From positions 384,001 through 448,000 of the forward strand of contig OZ219816.1 of NCBI GenBank assembly GCA_964291235.2: a stretch of 64,000 bases of DNA, written 5' to 3'. A model generated the notes under the pieces. That model ran no database searches. It worked only from the letters and a program-made list of their open reading frames with translations, and had not been told where the DNA came from. The translations under genes were made by a program, and so were the position numbers. Below, one piece after another: positions 10,377 through 18,495 of this stretch. Positions within the stretch are counted from its first letter, which is position 1, and every line of letters starts with the position of its first letter. Source of the stretch: Vicinamibacteria bacterium. GTDB taxonomy: Bacteria > Acidobacteriota > Vicinamibacteria > Marinacidobacterales > Marinacidobacteraceae.

Positions 10377-10395
10377 GTATATATCGAGATATACT
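10377..10395 (+). promoter_or_regulatory. vapBC operator palindrome overlapping a -10 box
   Basis: GTATAT-N6-ATATAC at 10377-10394; TATACT at 10390-10395; AT-rich island about 25 bp upstream of vapB. Confidence 0.65.
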
Positions 10396-10419
10396 GCAAA
10401 CTACCCGCTGGAGGGACGC

Positions 10420-10662
10420 ATGTCAGAGGAAGTTGCCTATCGAGGGGTCGCAAAGGTCTTCTGGAACGGCCGCAGCCAGGCCGTGCGGCTCCCCAAGCCG
10501 TGCCGTTTCGAGGCGGGGGAGGTAGAGGTGCTGAAGCGCGGGCGTGAGGTCATTCTGCGGCCGCGCGGCAAGGACTGGGACGCCTTCTTCGATGCGCCGG
10601 GGCGCGGCTCGTGGCCCGATCGGGAGCAGCCTCCCCACCAGGAGCGGGATCTTCTTCTGTGA
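10420..10662 (+). CDS. vapB: VapB antitoxin (AbrB/MazE type)
   Basis: AKVFWNGRSQAVRLPK..RF motif; GGAGG upstream; coupled to the PIN toxin gene. Confidence 0.9.
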   Translation: MSEEVAYRGVAKVFWNGRSQAVRLPKPCRFEAGEVEVLKRGREVILRPRGKDWDAFFDAPGRGSWPDREQPPHQERDLLL

Positions 10663-11060
10663 CCTTCCTGCTGGACACCGACGTCTGCGTCCACCTTCTC
10701 CGGAACACCAGCAAACCTCGGGAGCCATTCCGGCGGTACGCGAAACAGATCGGCATCTCGGCCGTCACCTACGCCGAACTCCGTTTCGGCCTGGAGCGGT
10801 CGGCCCGCCGGCGCGAGGGCGAGGAGAATCTGGAGCTCTTGTGCGATGACCTGGAAATCGCGCCGTTTGACCAGGAAGCCGCGCGCCACTACGGCGAGAT
10901 CCGGCAGGAGCTCAGCCGCCGCGGCGTGTTGATCGGCCCACTCGACCTCCTGATCGCGGCGCACGCCCGCAGCCGCGACGCCACGCTGGTGATGAACAAC
11001 GAACGCGAGTTCGGACGGGTGCCCGGCCTGCGCATCGAGAACTGGCTGCGGGCTGGATGA
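10659..11060 (+). CDS. vapC: VapC PIN-domain toxin
   Basis: GTGA overlap; FLLDTD, AEL.FG, IGPLDLLIAAHA, NEREF.RVPGL.IENW. Confidence 0.92.
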   Translation: MTFLLDTDVCVHLLRNTSKPREPFRRYAKQIGISAVTYAELRFGLERSARRREGEENLELLCDDLEIAPFDQEAARHYGEIRQELSRRGVLIGPLDLLIAAHARSRDATLVMNNEREFGRVPGLRIENWLRAG

Positions 11061-11102
11061 GGCGCCCAATCCCCCGAAGTTCCTGACGAGAGGAGTTCAC
11101 CC

Positions 11103-11603
11103 GTGACGATCGCCGAAGGCTTTGCCGCGGAATTCCAGGTCGAGGCCGCCGCCACCCGCAAGTTCCTCGAGCGTTTCGAAGAACAACACGCCGACTGGCA
11201 GCCCCACGAGAGGTCCATGTCCCTGTCGCGGTTGGCCAGCCACCTCGTGGAGGCGCCCGATTGGGCGGCCAGCATTGTGGACAGCGACCAGTTCGACTTC
11301 GGGACCGCCGACTACCGGCAACCGCACTGGACGACGCGTACCGAACTCCTTGAGAACCATGCGCGGATCGCGGCCCGGTTCGTGGAGCTCCTGGACGGAA
11401 AGTCCGACGACTTGATGCGCGCTCCCTGGCGCCTCCTGCTGAACGGGCAGGTGCTCGAGGACACCGTCCGCGACGCGGCGATCCGGAACTTCATCCTGAG
11501 CCACCTGATCCACCACCGCGGCCAACTGAGCGTCTACTACCGGCTGCTGGGGATCCCCGTACCGGGCCCCTACGGTCCCTCGGCGGACGACGGCAACGGA
11601 TAA
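11103..11603 (+). CDS. DinB family protein
   Basis: W.PHE.SMSL.RLA.HL and HLIHHRGQLSVY.RLL.IPVP.PYGPSAD motifs. Confidence 0.88.
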   Translation: MTIAEGFAAEFQVEAAATRKFLERFEEQHADWQPHERSMSLSRLASHLVEAPDWAASIVDSDQFDFGTADYRQPHWTTRTELLENHARIAARFVELLDGKSDDLMRAPWRLLLNGQVLEDTVRDAAIRNFILSHLIHHRGQLSVYYRLLGIPVPGPYGPSADDGNG

Positions 11604-12861
11604 CAACCGTTCCGGCGGCAGGACCGCCCTCGTCCTCGGCGCGGGCGCGATCGGTTTGTCCTGCGCCTACTTCCTGCGGCGCGCCGGCTGGGAGGTAACG
11701 CTGGTGGACCGCGGCGAGCCCGGACACGGCTGCACCCTCGGCACCGCGGGCCTGCTGTGCCCGGCACATTCCCAACCGCTTCCCGGCCCGGGAGTGCTCG
11801 CGAAGGCGCTCCGCTGGATGCTGCGGGAAGACAGTCCCTTCCACATCCGCTTCCGCCTCGATCCGAAGCTTCCCGGATGGCTTCTCGGCTTCGCCCGGGC
11901 GTGCACGCTCGCCCGGTCCCGCGAGGGCTTCCGGGCCACCTGCGCGCTGTCCACCCTGAGCCTCCACATGTTCGAGGAGGTCCTCGCGCGCGGCGACGCG
12001 GACTTCTTCTTCGAGCGGCGCGGCGGCTACTGGGCTTTCCTGACCGAGGCCGGGGCGGCCCACGCCCGCGTGGAGGCCGAGGAACTGCGGCGGAACGGCT
12101 TTCCCGTGGACTTCCTGGTCGGGGATGCGGCCCGCGAGCGCGAGCCGGCCCTCTCCGACGCGGTCCGGGCGGCCCTCTTCCTGCACGGGGACGCCCACGG
12201 ATCGAGCCTCGGCTTCGCTGAGTCGCTCACCGCGACTCTCGAGCGCCAGGGGGGCCTGGTGGAAGCCGGCGTCCGGGTGCTGCGACTCCTGCGCGACCGC
12301 GGCCGCGTCACGGGCGCCGAGGTGGTGACGGCCGACGGAGTCCGCGAGGAGCGGGTCGCCGATCAGACCATCCTGGCGCTCGGCGCCTTCTCTCCCGGAC
12401 TCGCCCGCACCGCGGGCGTGCGGCTTCCCATCCAGCCGGCCAAGGGCTACAGCGCCACCGTCCGCACCTTCGACGGAGTGCCGGCCATTCCGGTGACGGT
12501 CGCCGAGCGCAAGGTCATCATCACCCCGCTGCAGGACCGGGTGCGCTTCGCGGGCACGCTCGAACTCGCGGGACTCGATCCGGAATTGAACGAGCGGCGC
12601 TACCGGGCGGTCATCTCCGGGGGCCAGGCGGGCCTCCGGACTCCCATCCCGCTGGAGGACGAGGTGGCCTGGAAGGGTTTCCGGCCGCTCACGCCTACCA
12701 GCATTCCCCTCATCGGCCGGCCCCCCGGACGGGAAGGCCTGCTGGTGGCGGCCGGCCACGGAATGCTCGGATTCACCCAATCGCTCGGCACCGGGCGCCT
12801 GGTCCAGCAACTCGCCGACGGCGAGCCCCCGAGCGTGGATCCGACGCCGTACGCGCCGTAG
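11590..12861 (+). CDS. FAD-dependent oxidoreductase, D-amino acid dehydrogenase (DadA)-like; start codon uncertain (ACG at 11590?)
   Basis: ALVLGAGAIGLSCAY Rossmann motif, IQPAKGYS, W.GFRPLTP, AAGHGMLG. The motif lies upstream of the first canonical start (TTG 11656). Confidence 0.82.
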   Translation, partial: TATDNNRSGGRTALVLGAGAIGLSCAYFLRRAGWEVTLVDRGEPGHGCTLGTAGLLCPAHSQPLPGPGVLAKALRWMLREDSPFHIRFRLDPKLPGWLLGFARACTLARSREGFRATCALSTLSLHMFEEVLARGDADFFFERRGGYWAFLTEAGAAHARVEAEELRRNGFPVDFLVGDAAREREPALSDAVRAALFLHGDAHGSSLGFAESLTATLERQGGLVEAGVRVLRLLRDRGRVTGAEVVTADGVREERVADQTILALGAFSPGLARTAGVRLPIQPAKGYSATVRTFDGVPAIPVTVAERKVIITPLQDRVRFAGTLELAGLDPELNERRYRAVISGGQAGLRTPIPLEDEVAWKGFRPLTPTSIPLIGRPPGREGLLVAAGHGMLGFTQSLGTGRLVQQLADGEPPSVDPTPYAP

Positions 12862-12953
12862 GGCCGTCGCCTGGGAACGCTGGCGCACTCCCGGTAGCGG
12901 CGCGCGAACCGAGCGACGGGGGCCGCTAGCCGGCCGCGCGGCTGCGGCCGAGA

Positions 12954-13556
12954 CTATGCCGGGCTTCGGGACAGACGGCCGAGCGCCAGCACGGTCACCG
13001 CTCCGTACACCGCACCGAACAGGGCCCCGAACAAGGGACTCGCCCCCTCGAACCCGCCGGCCACGCCCACCGACGCGGTGAGGACGGCGGCCAGGATGAA
13101 GCCGCCGGCGCTGGCGAACGCCAACAGACCGGCTCTCGGGGCGCACTGCCGAAGGGCGAGCCAGTGCGCGAGAACGAACGCGGTGAGGCCCACGGCGGCG
13201 GGCGCCGCCGGCGGCTCGGGGTAACCCGCCATGCCCAGGGCCTCGTTGGCGGCGAAGCCGGTGGCGGCAGCGGCCGCCCCGGCGACGGCCAGGGCGACGG
13301 GCCAGCGGGCCGCCCACGAGACCTGGTGGCGCAGCAGCAGCCACTGCGCGAGCGCGATGCCGCCGAGGACGCCGCCTCCCGCAACGGTCCCGACGACGGC
13401 TTCCCCGACCACGGAGCCGAAGGCCTCATGCGCCGCGCCTCCCACCAGGTAGGAGAGCGGCCGCGCGACCGCGGCTGCCACCGCCATCCCCGCAGCGCTG
13501 GCGAGCACCCAGCGAATCCGGAATCCGCGGTCCGTCAGTCCGTTCGCTTCCGGCAT
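12954..13556 (-). CDS. Hypothetical multi-pass membrane protein
   Basis: 200 aa with about 6 hydrophobic segments; abuts the upstream hydrolase on the same strand. Confidence 0.65.
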   Translation of the reverse strand: MPEANGLTDRGFRIRWVLASAAGMAVAAAVARPLSYLVGGAAHEAFGSVVGEAVVGTVAGGGVLGGIALAQWLLLRHQVSWAARWPVALAVAGAAAAATGFAANEALGMAGYPEPPAAPAAVGLTAFVLAHWLALRQCAPRAGLLAFASAGGFILAAVLTASVGVAGGFEGASPLFGALFGAVYGAVTVLALGRLSRSPA

Positions 13557-13579
13557 TTCCCTGGACGGCTCCGGCGCCG

Positions 13580-15016
13580 TCAGCGGACCTTCTCGGAGTA
13601 GTTGACGCCGACGTAAATGCGGAGCGCGACGCCCTCGTCGTTCACCTGGAAGCGGACGAGCTCCCCGTGGGCCCCAAAGCCGTCGCTCTCCAGCCGGAAC
13701 ACATGCGGTTCGTCGGTGGCGCGCAGGGTCCCCTTCGATCGATCGGGGTTTTCGGAAAGCGACGAGAAGATCACCAGTTCATCCTCAAGACGAAGAACGC
13801 TCGTATCCCCCCATCGGTTCCGATAGGTGCCGATGTAGATGTCCCAGGCCGGGTCGTAGGCGACGGTCTCCTCTTCCTCCTCCGCGAGGGCCGGAGCGAC
13901 CCACTCGAACGCCTTGTTCAGGAAACGGCCGGGGTCTCCGTCGCCGGCGTTCGTGAACACCACCACGCCGACGTTCTCTTCGGGACTCAACTGCGTCTGG
14001 GTGCGGTAGCCGGGATAGGAGCCGCCGTGGCCGACGAGGTCGCGGTCCTCGGTGTGCCGCACCGAGAACCCGAGTCCCCAGCCGCTGTCCCACGACGGCT
14101 GGACCCAGTGGACGCGCTGCATCTCGAGCAGGGTGTTCGTCGCGAGCACCGCATCGCTCTTGCGGTCGCGAACCCGCATCTGCCACTGGAGGAACTTCAG
14201 CATGTCCGGCACGTTGGACGAGACCCCGGTCGCCGGATCAAACGCCCGGGCGTCGACGAAGGGCATGGCCTGCCGGCTGCCGTCCGCCATCCGCCGCCCG
14301 TATCCGGTGGCCAGGCGGTCCTCGTGGTCGGCCGGGATCGGACCCACGCTCGTCGAGTCCATGCCGAGCGGCTCGAGGATTCCCTGATTCACCAGATCGG
14401 CGAACGACGTCCCGGAGGCGGCCTCGGCCACCATCCCGGCGAGGGTGAAGCCCAGGTTGGAGTACTTCCACTTGGTCTCGGTGGCGTACGTCGTCTCCTG
14501 ATCCGAGACCGTGTCCCGGACCGCCTCCGCCTCGGGGAACTCGAATTCGGTCCAGGCCGGGTGGATGGACTCCCGCGGCAGCCCGGCGGTGTGGGTGAGG
14601 AGGTGCCGCACGGTCACCGCGCGGGCCTCCGGATGGCGGTTCTTGATGTCGAACCAGGGGAGGTGATCCACCACGGGATCATCCAGCCGGAGCGCTCCGG
14701 CGTCCCGGGCGCGCAGCACGCTGATCGCGGTGAAGAGCTTCGAGTGCGAGGCGATCCGGAAGATCGAGTCCTCGCTCATCGGCATCATCGGATCCAGCGA
14801 GGAGTGGCCGTAGGCCTTGAGCAGGACGACTTCCTGATCGTGGACGATCCCGATCACGAGTCCGACCCCCTCGTACTCGACCTGCGCGCGAATCCACTCG
14901 TCGAGCATGGTGATCCCGGCCTGGACCTTCGGGTCGGGATGCTCGGCGGCGCCGGCGGACGGACTGGAGAGAAGTGCGGCGAGGACAGCGCCCGCCAGGA
15001 CAAGGTGTCTGTACAT
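13580..15016 (-). CDS. Serine hydrolase, beta-lactamase family
   Basis: Signal peptide; IASHSK (SxxK), LLTHTAG, YSN, GHGG. Confidence 0.9.
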   Translation of the reverse strand: MYRHLVLAGAVLAALLSSPSAGAAEHPDPKVQAGITMLDEWIRAQVEYEGVGLVIGIVHDQEVVLLKAYGHSSLDPMMPMSEDSIFRIASHSKLFTAISVLRARDAGALRLDDPVVDHLPWFDIKNRHPEARAVTVRHLLTHTAGLPRESIHPAWTEFEFPEAEAVRDTVSDQETTYATETKWKYSNLGFTLAGMVAEAASGTSFADLVNQGILEPLGMDSTSVGPIPADHEDRLATGYGRRMADGSRQAMPFVDARAFDPATGVSSNVPDMLKFLQWQMRVRDRKSDAVLATNTLLEMQRVHWVQPSWDSGWGLGFSVRHTEDRDLVGHGGSYPGYRTQTQLSPEENVGVVVFTNAGDGDPGRFLNKAFEWVAPALAEEEEETVAYDPAWDIYIGTYRNRWGDTSVLRLEDELVIFSSLSENPDRSKGTLRATDEPHVFRLESDGFGAHGELVRFQVNDEGVALRIYVGVNYSEKVR

Positions 15017-15039
15017 ACGAATACGAGGTCCGCTAGCGG

Positions 15040-16248
15040 CTAGCGGCGAAAAACGACGGCGCCGTCCACCAGAACGATGGCCGTCCTGGCGTAGGTGCCG
15101 ATCGGATGGGAATCCCAGATGACGACGTCGGCGTCGAGACCCGGGGCGATGCTTCCGACCCGGTCAGCCACCCCGAGGATTTCGGCCGCATCGGCGGTGA
15201 CCGCGGCGAGCGCCGCCGCGCGCGGGAGCCCGTGCGCCCAGGCGACGATCGCCTCCATGGCCACCGAGCGGCCCCGGGAGCCGAAGGTCGAGAGCGCGAT
15301 CTTCACCCCGGCGGCGTGGAGATTGCCCGCCGTCGCGGGGGAGTGGCCCTTGAGTTCCATGGGACCGCCGTCTCCGATGCCGATCACCGAGGGACCGACC
15401 ACCACCGGAACTCCGGCCTCGGCAAGCCGGGCAGCCACCGTGGAGGCGCCGGCCGCCTGATCGAGGACCAGACGCACATCGAACTCCCCCGCCACCCGCA
15501 GCGCCGTCTCGATGTCGTCGGGCTTGTTGGCGAGCATCCGGAGGGGCAGCTCGCCCGCCAGCAGCCGGCCCAGGACCCCACCGGCCTCGCCCTCGATGGC
15601 GTCCTCTCCCGCCCGGATCAGGGTGTTTCGGAAGTCGTAGATCATCCCCTGCCGCGTGGTGCGGCCGGCCGGGGCCTCCCGTCCGGGGGGCGCTTCCCCG
15701 ACCGCGGTCTCACCGAAGGACGCCGCGACCGCCGTCTCCTCGGCCACGATGGCGGTGTCCGCCGAGCCGGCCAGTTTCACCACCGCGCCGGTACCGCCGA
15801 CGAGCAGCCGGGGATCGGGAGCCAGATACACGGTGGTGACTCCGGACCGGAGCCACAGGGGCGCGAGGTTCTCCGCGAAGCGGTCCACCGCGCGGAGCTC
15901 GGGGGCGACCGCATCGCCGGGCTCGCCAGTCAGGTTGATGAGCGCCCCGCCGCCCCCGGGGCCGGTCCCGAGGAAGGTCTGCGAGTCGAGGAGCCCCGGG
16001 GTGACGACCATCCCCTCGGCCGAGATCACCTCGGCGCCTTCGGGAAGCTCGACTCCCGCGCCGACGGCGGTGATCTTCCCCTCCTCGATGAGGACGGTCG
16101 CCCCGGGCAGCACCTCGCCGTTTCCGACGTGCACTTCCCCGCCCACGATCGCCACCGGCTGGGCAAGGAGGAGCGCGGGAAGGCCGAGCGCGAGCCCGGC
16201 TACGATGAGTCCGGCCGCGATCCGTCCGGGGAACGGGCGCCGCATCAC
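15040..16248 (-). CDS. Amidohydrolase family protein lacking the HxH motif
   Basis: VTPGLLDSQT in place of DxHxH; GSIAPGLDADVVIW. Confidence 0.82.
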   Translation of the reverse strand: MMRRPFPGRIAAGLIVAGLALGLPALLLAQPVAIVGGEVHVGNGEVLPGATVLIEEGKITAVGAGVELPEGAEVISAEGMVVTPGLLDSQTFLGTGPGGGGALINLTGEPGDAVAPELRAVDRFAENLAPLWLRSGVTTVYLAPDPRLLVGGTGAVVKLAGSADTAIVAEETAVAASFGETAVGEAPPGREAPAGRTTRQGMIYDFRNTLIRAGEDAIEGEAGGVLGRLLAGELPLRMLANKPDDIETALRVAGEFDVRLVLDQAAGASTVAARLAEAGVPVVVGPSVIGIGDGGPMELKGHSPATAGNLHAAGVKIALSTFGSRGRSVAMEAIVAWAHGLPRAAALAAVTADAAEILGVADRVGSIAPGLDADVVIWDSHPIGTYARTAIVLVDGAVVFRR

Positions 16249-17510
16249 CAGCCCTCCGGCACCACGTCGCCGAAGACGTTGTGCCCCGTCTCGCGGTTGA
16301 AGACCTCCGCCCCGTCCACGAAGACCCGCAGCACCAGGCTCTCGTAGGCGAGCGGATCTTCACCGCCCAGAATGACGATATCGGCGTCCTTGCCGGCTTC
16401 CAGGCTCCCGACCCGGTCGTCGATGTGGAAGATGCGGGCGCCGTTCAGCGTCAGCGCCGCCAGGGCCTCTTCCGGCGGCATTCCCTGCCGCACGAACATG
16501 GCGCCGGTGTGGCGCAGCCAGTAGGAGTGGCCGTCCGGGGGATCCTGATGGAAGGCGACCAGCCCTCCGAGTTCCGCGAGCCGCACCGGCCCGAGAAGGT
16601 CCTCGCTCTCCCGGCTGTCACCGGGCAGAACGGGACCGAAACTGACCGGCATCCCGAGCTCGTGAAGCTCCTCCGCTAGCGCCAGCGTCGCGCCTCCGTG
16701 ATGGATGTAGGCGTCGAGGTTGAACCGGCGCCTGAGTTCCATGGCGTGGCGCATCTGCTGCTCGGTGCTGGAGTGGACTCCGAGCACCCACTCACGGGTG
16801 AGCAGCCGGCCGAGGGCCTCGTAGGTCAGGTTGCGCGGAGGCTTCGGATTCTCGGAATCCGCTTCGTGGGCGGCGATGGCATCGAGGTATTCCCCGGCGG
16901 CTTCGAGTTCGCCGCTCAGCAGGTCGAAGACTTCCTGCTCGGTCTCGGGGAAGTTGGGATACGGGGTGGTGGCCCGGATCGCCATCTTGATCCCGCCGGG
17001 CGCCAGGAACATGTCCTCCACGGTCCCGCCGCGCATCTTGACGAGGGCGGCCTGACCGCTGTTGGGGCTCCGGCTGCCGGTGGTGATGTTCTGGGTGGTG
17101 ATCCCCGAAGCGACCGCCAACGCGAAGGCGGGATCCCCGGAATCCAGTCCGTCGATCGCCCGCACGTGGGCGTTGATCGGCCCCGAGAGTTCGTTGTTGT
17201 TGGACCCCGTCGCCGGGATGTTGAGCACCTTGAATCCGGTGTGCGAATGGGTCTCGATGATGCCCGGAATCACGCTCATCCCGGTCGCGTCGATCACCTC
17301 GGCCCCCGCCGGAACCGCAACATCCGCACCCACCGCCTCGATCTTCCCGTCCCGGATCACCACCGTCCCGCCGGGAATCGGCTCGGAACTCACCGGATAG
17401 ACAAGCCCGCCGGTGATGGCGATGAGGCCGTCCTCCGGCGTCTCGGGAGCACAGGCGGACGCGGCGAGCGCAGCACCAAGTGCAACGCTGAGAACCGCTC
17501 TTGCCCTCAT
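16245..17510 (-). CDS. Amidohydrolase family lipoprotein
   Basis: ATG 17510 with lipobox-like ASAC; PGIIETHSH, GITT, GSLEAGKDADIV. Confidence 0.85.
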   Translation of the reverse strand: MRARAVLSVALGAALAASACAPETPEDGLIAITGGLVYPVSSEPIPGGTVVIRDGKIEAVGADVAVPAGAEVIDATGMSVIPGIIETHSHTGFKVLNIPATGSNNNELSGPINAHVRAIDGLDSGDPAFALAVASGITTQNITTGSRSPNSGQAALVKMRGGTVEDMFLAPGGIKMAIRATTPYPNFPETEQEVFDLLSGELEAAGEYLDAIAAHEADSENPKPPRNLTYEALGRLLTREWVLGVHSSTEQQMRHAMELRRRFNLDAYIHHGGATLALAEELHELGMPVSFGPVLPGDSRESEDLLGPVRLAELGGLVAFHQDPPDGHSYWLRHTGAMFVRQGMPPEEALAALTLNGARIFHIDDRVGSLEAGKDADIVILGGEDPLAYESLVLRVFVDGAEVFNRETGHNVFGDVVPEGW

Positions 17511-17595
17511 GATCCGAACGCTCGACTCTATCAGGACGGATTGCGGCAAGTCGCAACGCGCCGCCACCGGCGCTTTCTATAGAGTCGGCGCCGGA

Positions 17596-18495
17596 ATGAC
17601 GGGTGCGTGGGCCAACGTGGACGGCCGGATCGGACCCGCGCACGAGGCGCGGGTGAGTCCGGTGGACGCGGGGTTTCTCTACGGAGAGGCCGTGTACGAG
17701 AACCTCCGGACGTACGGACACGTCCCTTTCCTGTTCGCGCACCACCTGAAGCGCCTCCGCGGCTCGGCGAGGTTCCTGCGGATTCCGGTCGCCGTCTCCG
17801 ACGAGGAAATCACCGCCCGTCTCCAGGCCACCCAGAAAGCCACCGGTATCGAGGGCGAACACTCGCTGCGGGTGATCCTGACCGCCGGACCCCAGGAAGG
17901 TGAACCTTCGCTCATCATCCTGGTGCGGCCGCTGCCGCCCCTTCCGGTGGATCCGGAACGCGAGGGAGTCGGGGTCCTGCTTTCGGAGTGGGTTCGCGCC
18001 CCCGCCGGAGGGCTCCCGGCCGACGTAAAGACCACCAACCTGCTGGGGGCGCGCATGGCGGTCCGCGAAGCGCAGGCGGCGGGGGCTCACGAGGCGGTGA
18101 TCCGGGGAAGCGGAGGCGAGCTGACCGAGGGAGCGACGTCGAACCTCTTCCTGGTGGAGGACGGCGTCGTCCGCACCGCTCCGCTCGCGGACGGACTGCT
18201 CCCCGGGATCACCCGGGGACTCGTGCTCGAAGTCCTCGAGGAACTGGGAATCCCCTGCGAGGAGGCGCGGCTGGCGCCGGGCCGTCTCGTCAGCGCCGAC
18301 GAGGCCTTCCTGACCAGTTCCTCCCGGGAGGTCCTGCCGGTGACCTGGACGGTCCTGCCCGGAGGGCCGCGGAGGCCGGTCGCGAACGGAGCGCCGGGTC
18401 CGGTGACCCTGCGCGCGCTGGCTGGCTATCGCCGGGCGGTGACGCGGCTACTGGACGAAACGCCTTCCGGCAAGGCGTCCGGAGGTCCTCCCTGA
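17596..18495 (+). CDS. Class IV aminotransferase (branched-chain aminotransferase / ADC lyase family)
   Basis: D.GFLYGEAVYE, HLKRL, KTTN, EGATSNLF, LPGITR, ADEAFLTSS. Confidence 0.9.
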   Translation: MTGAWANVDGRIGPAHEARVSPVDAGFLYGEAVYENLRTYGHVPFLFAHHLKRLRGSARFLRIPVAVSDEEITARLQATQKATGIEGEHSLRVILTAGPQEGEPSLIILVRPLPPLPVDPEREGVGVLLSEWVRAPAGGLPADVKTTNLLGARMAVREAQAAGAHEAVIRGSGGELTEGATSNLFLVEDGVVRTAPLADGLLPGITRGLVLEVLEELGIPCEEARLAPGRLVSADEAFLTSSSREVLPVTWTVLPGGPRRPVANGAPGPVTLRALAGYRRAVTRLLDETPSGKASGGPP

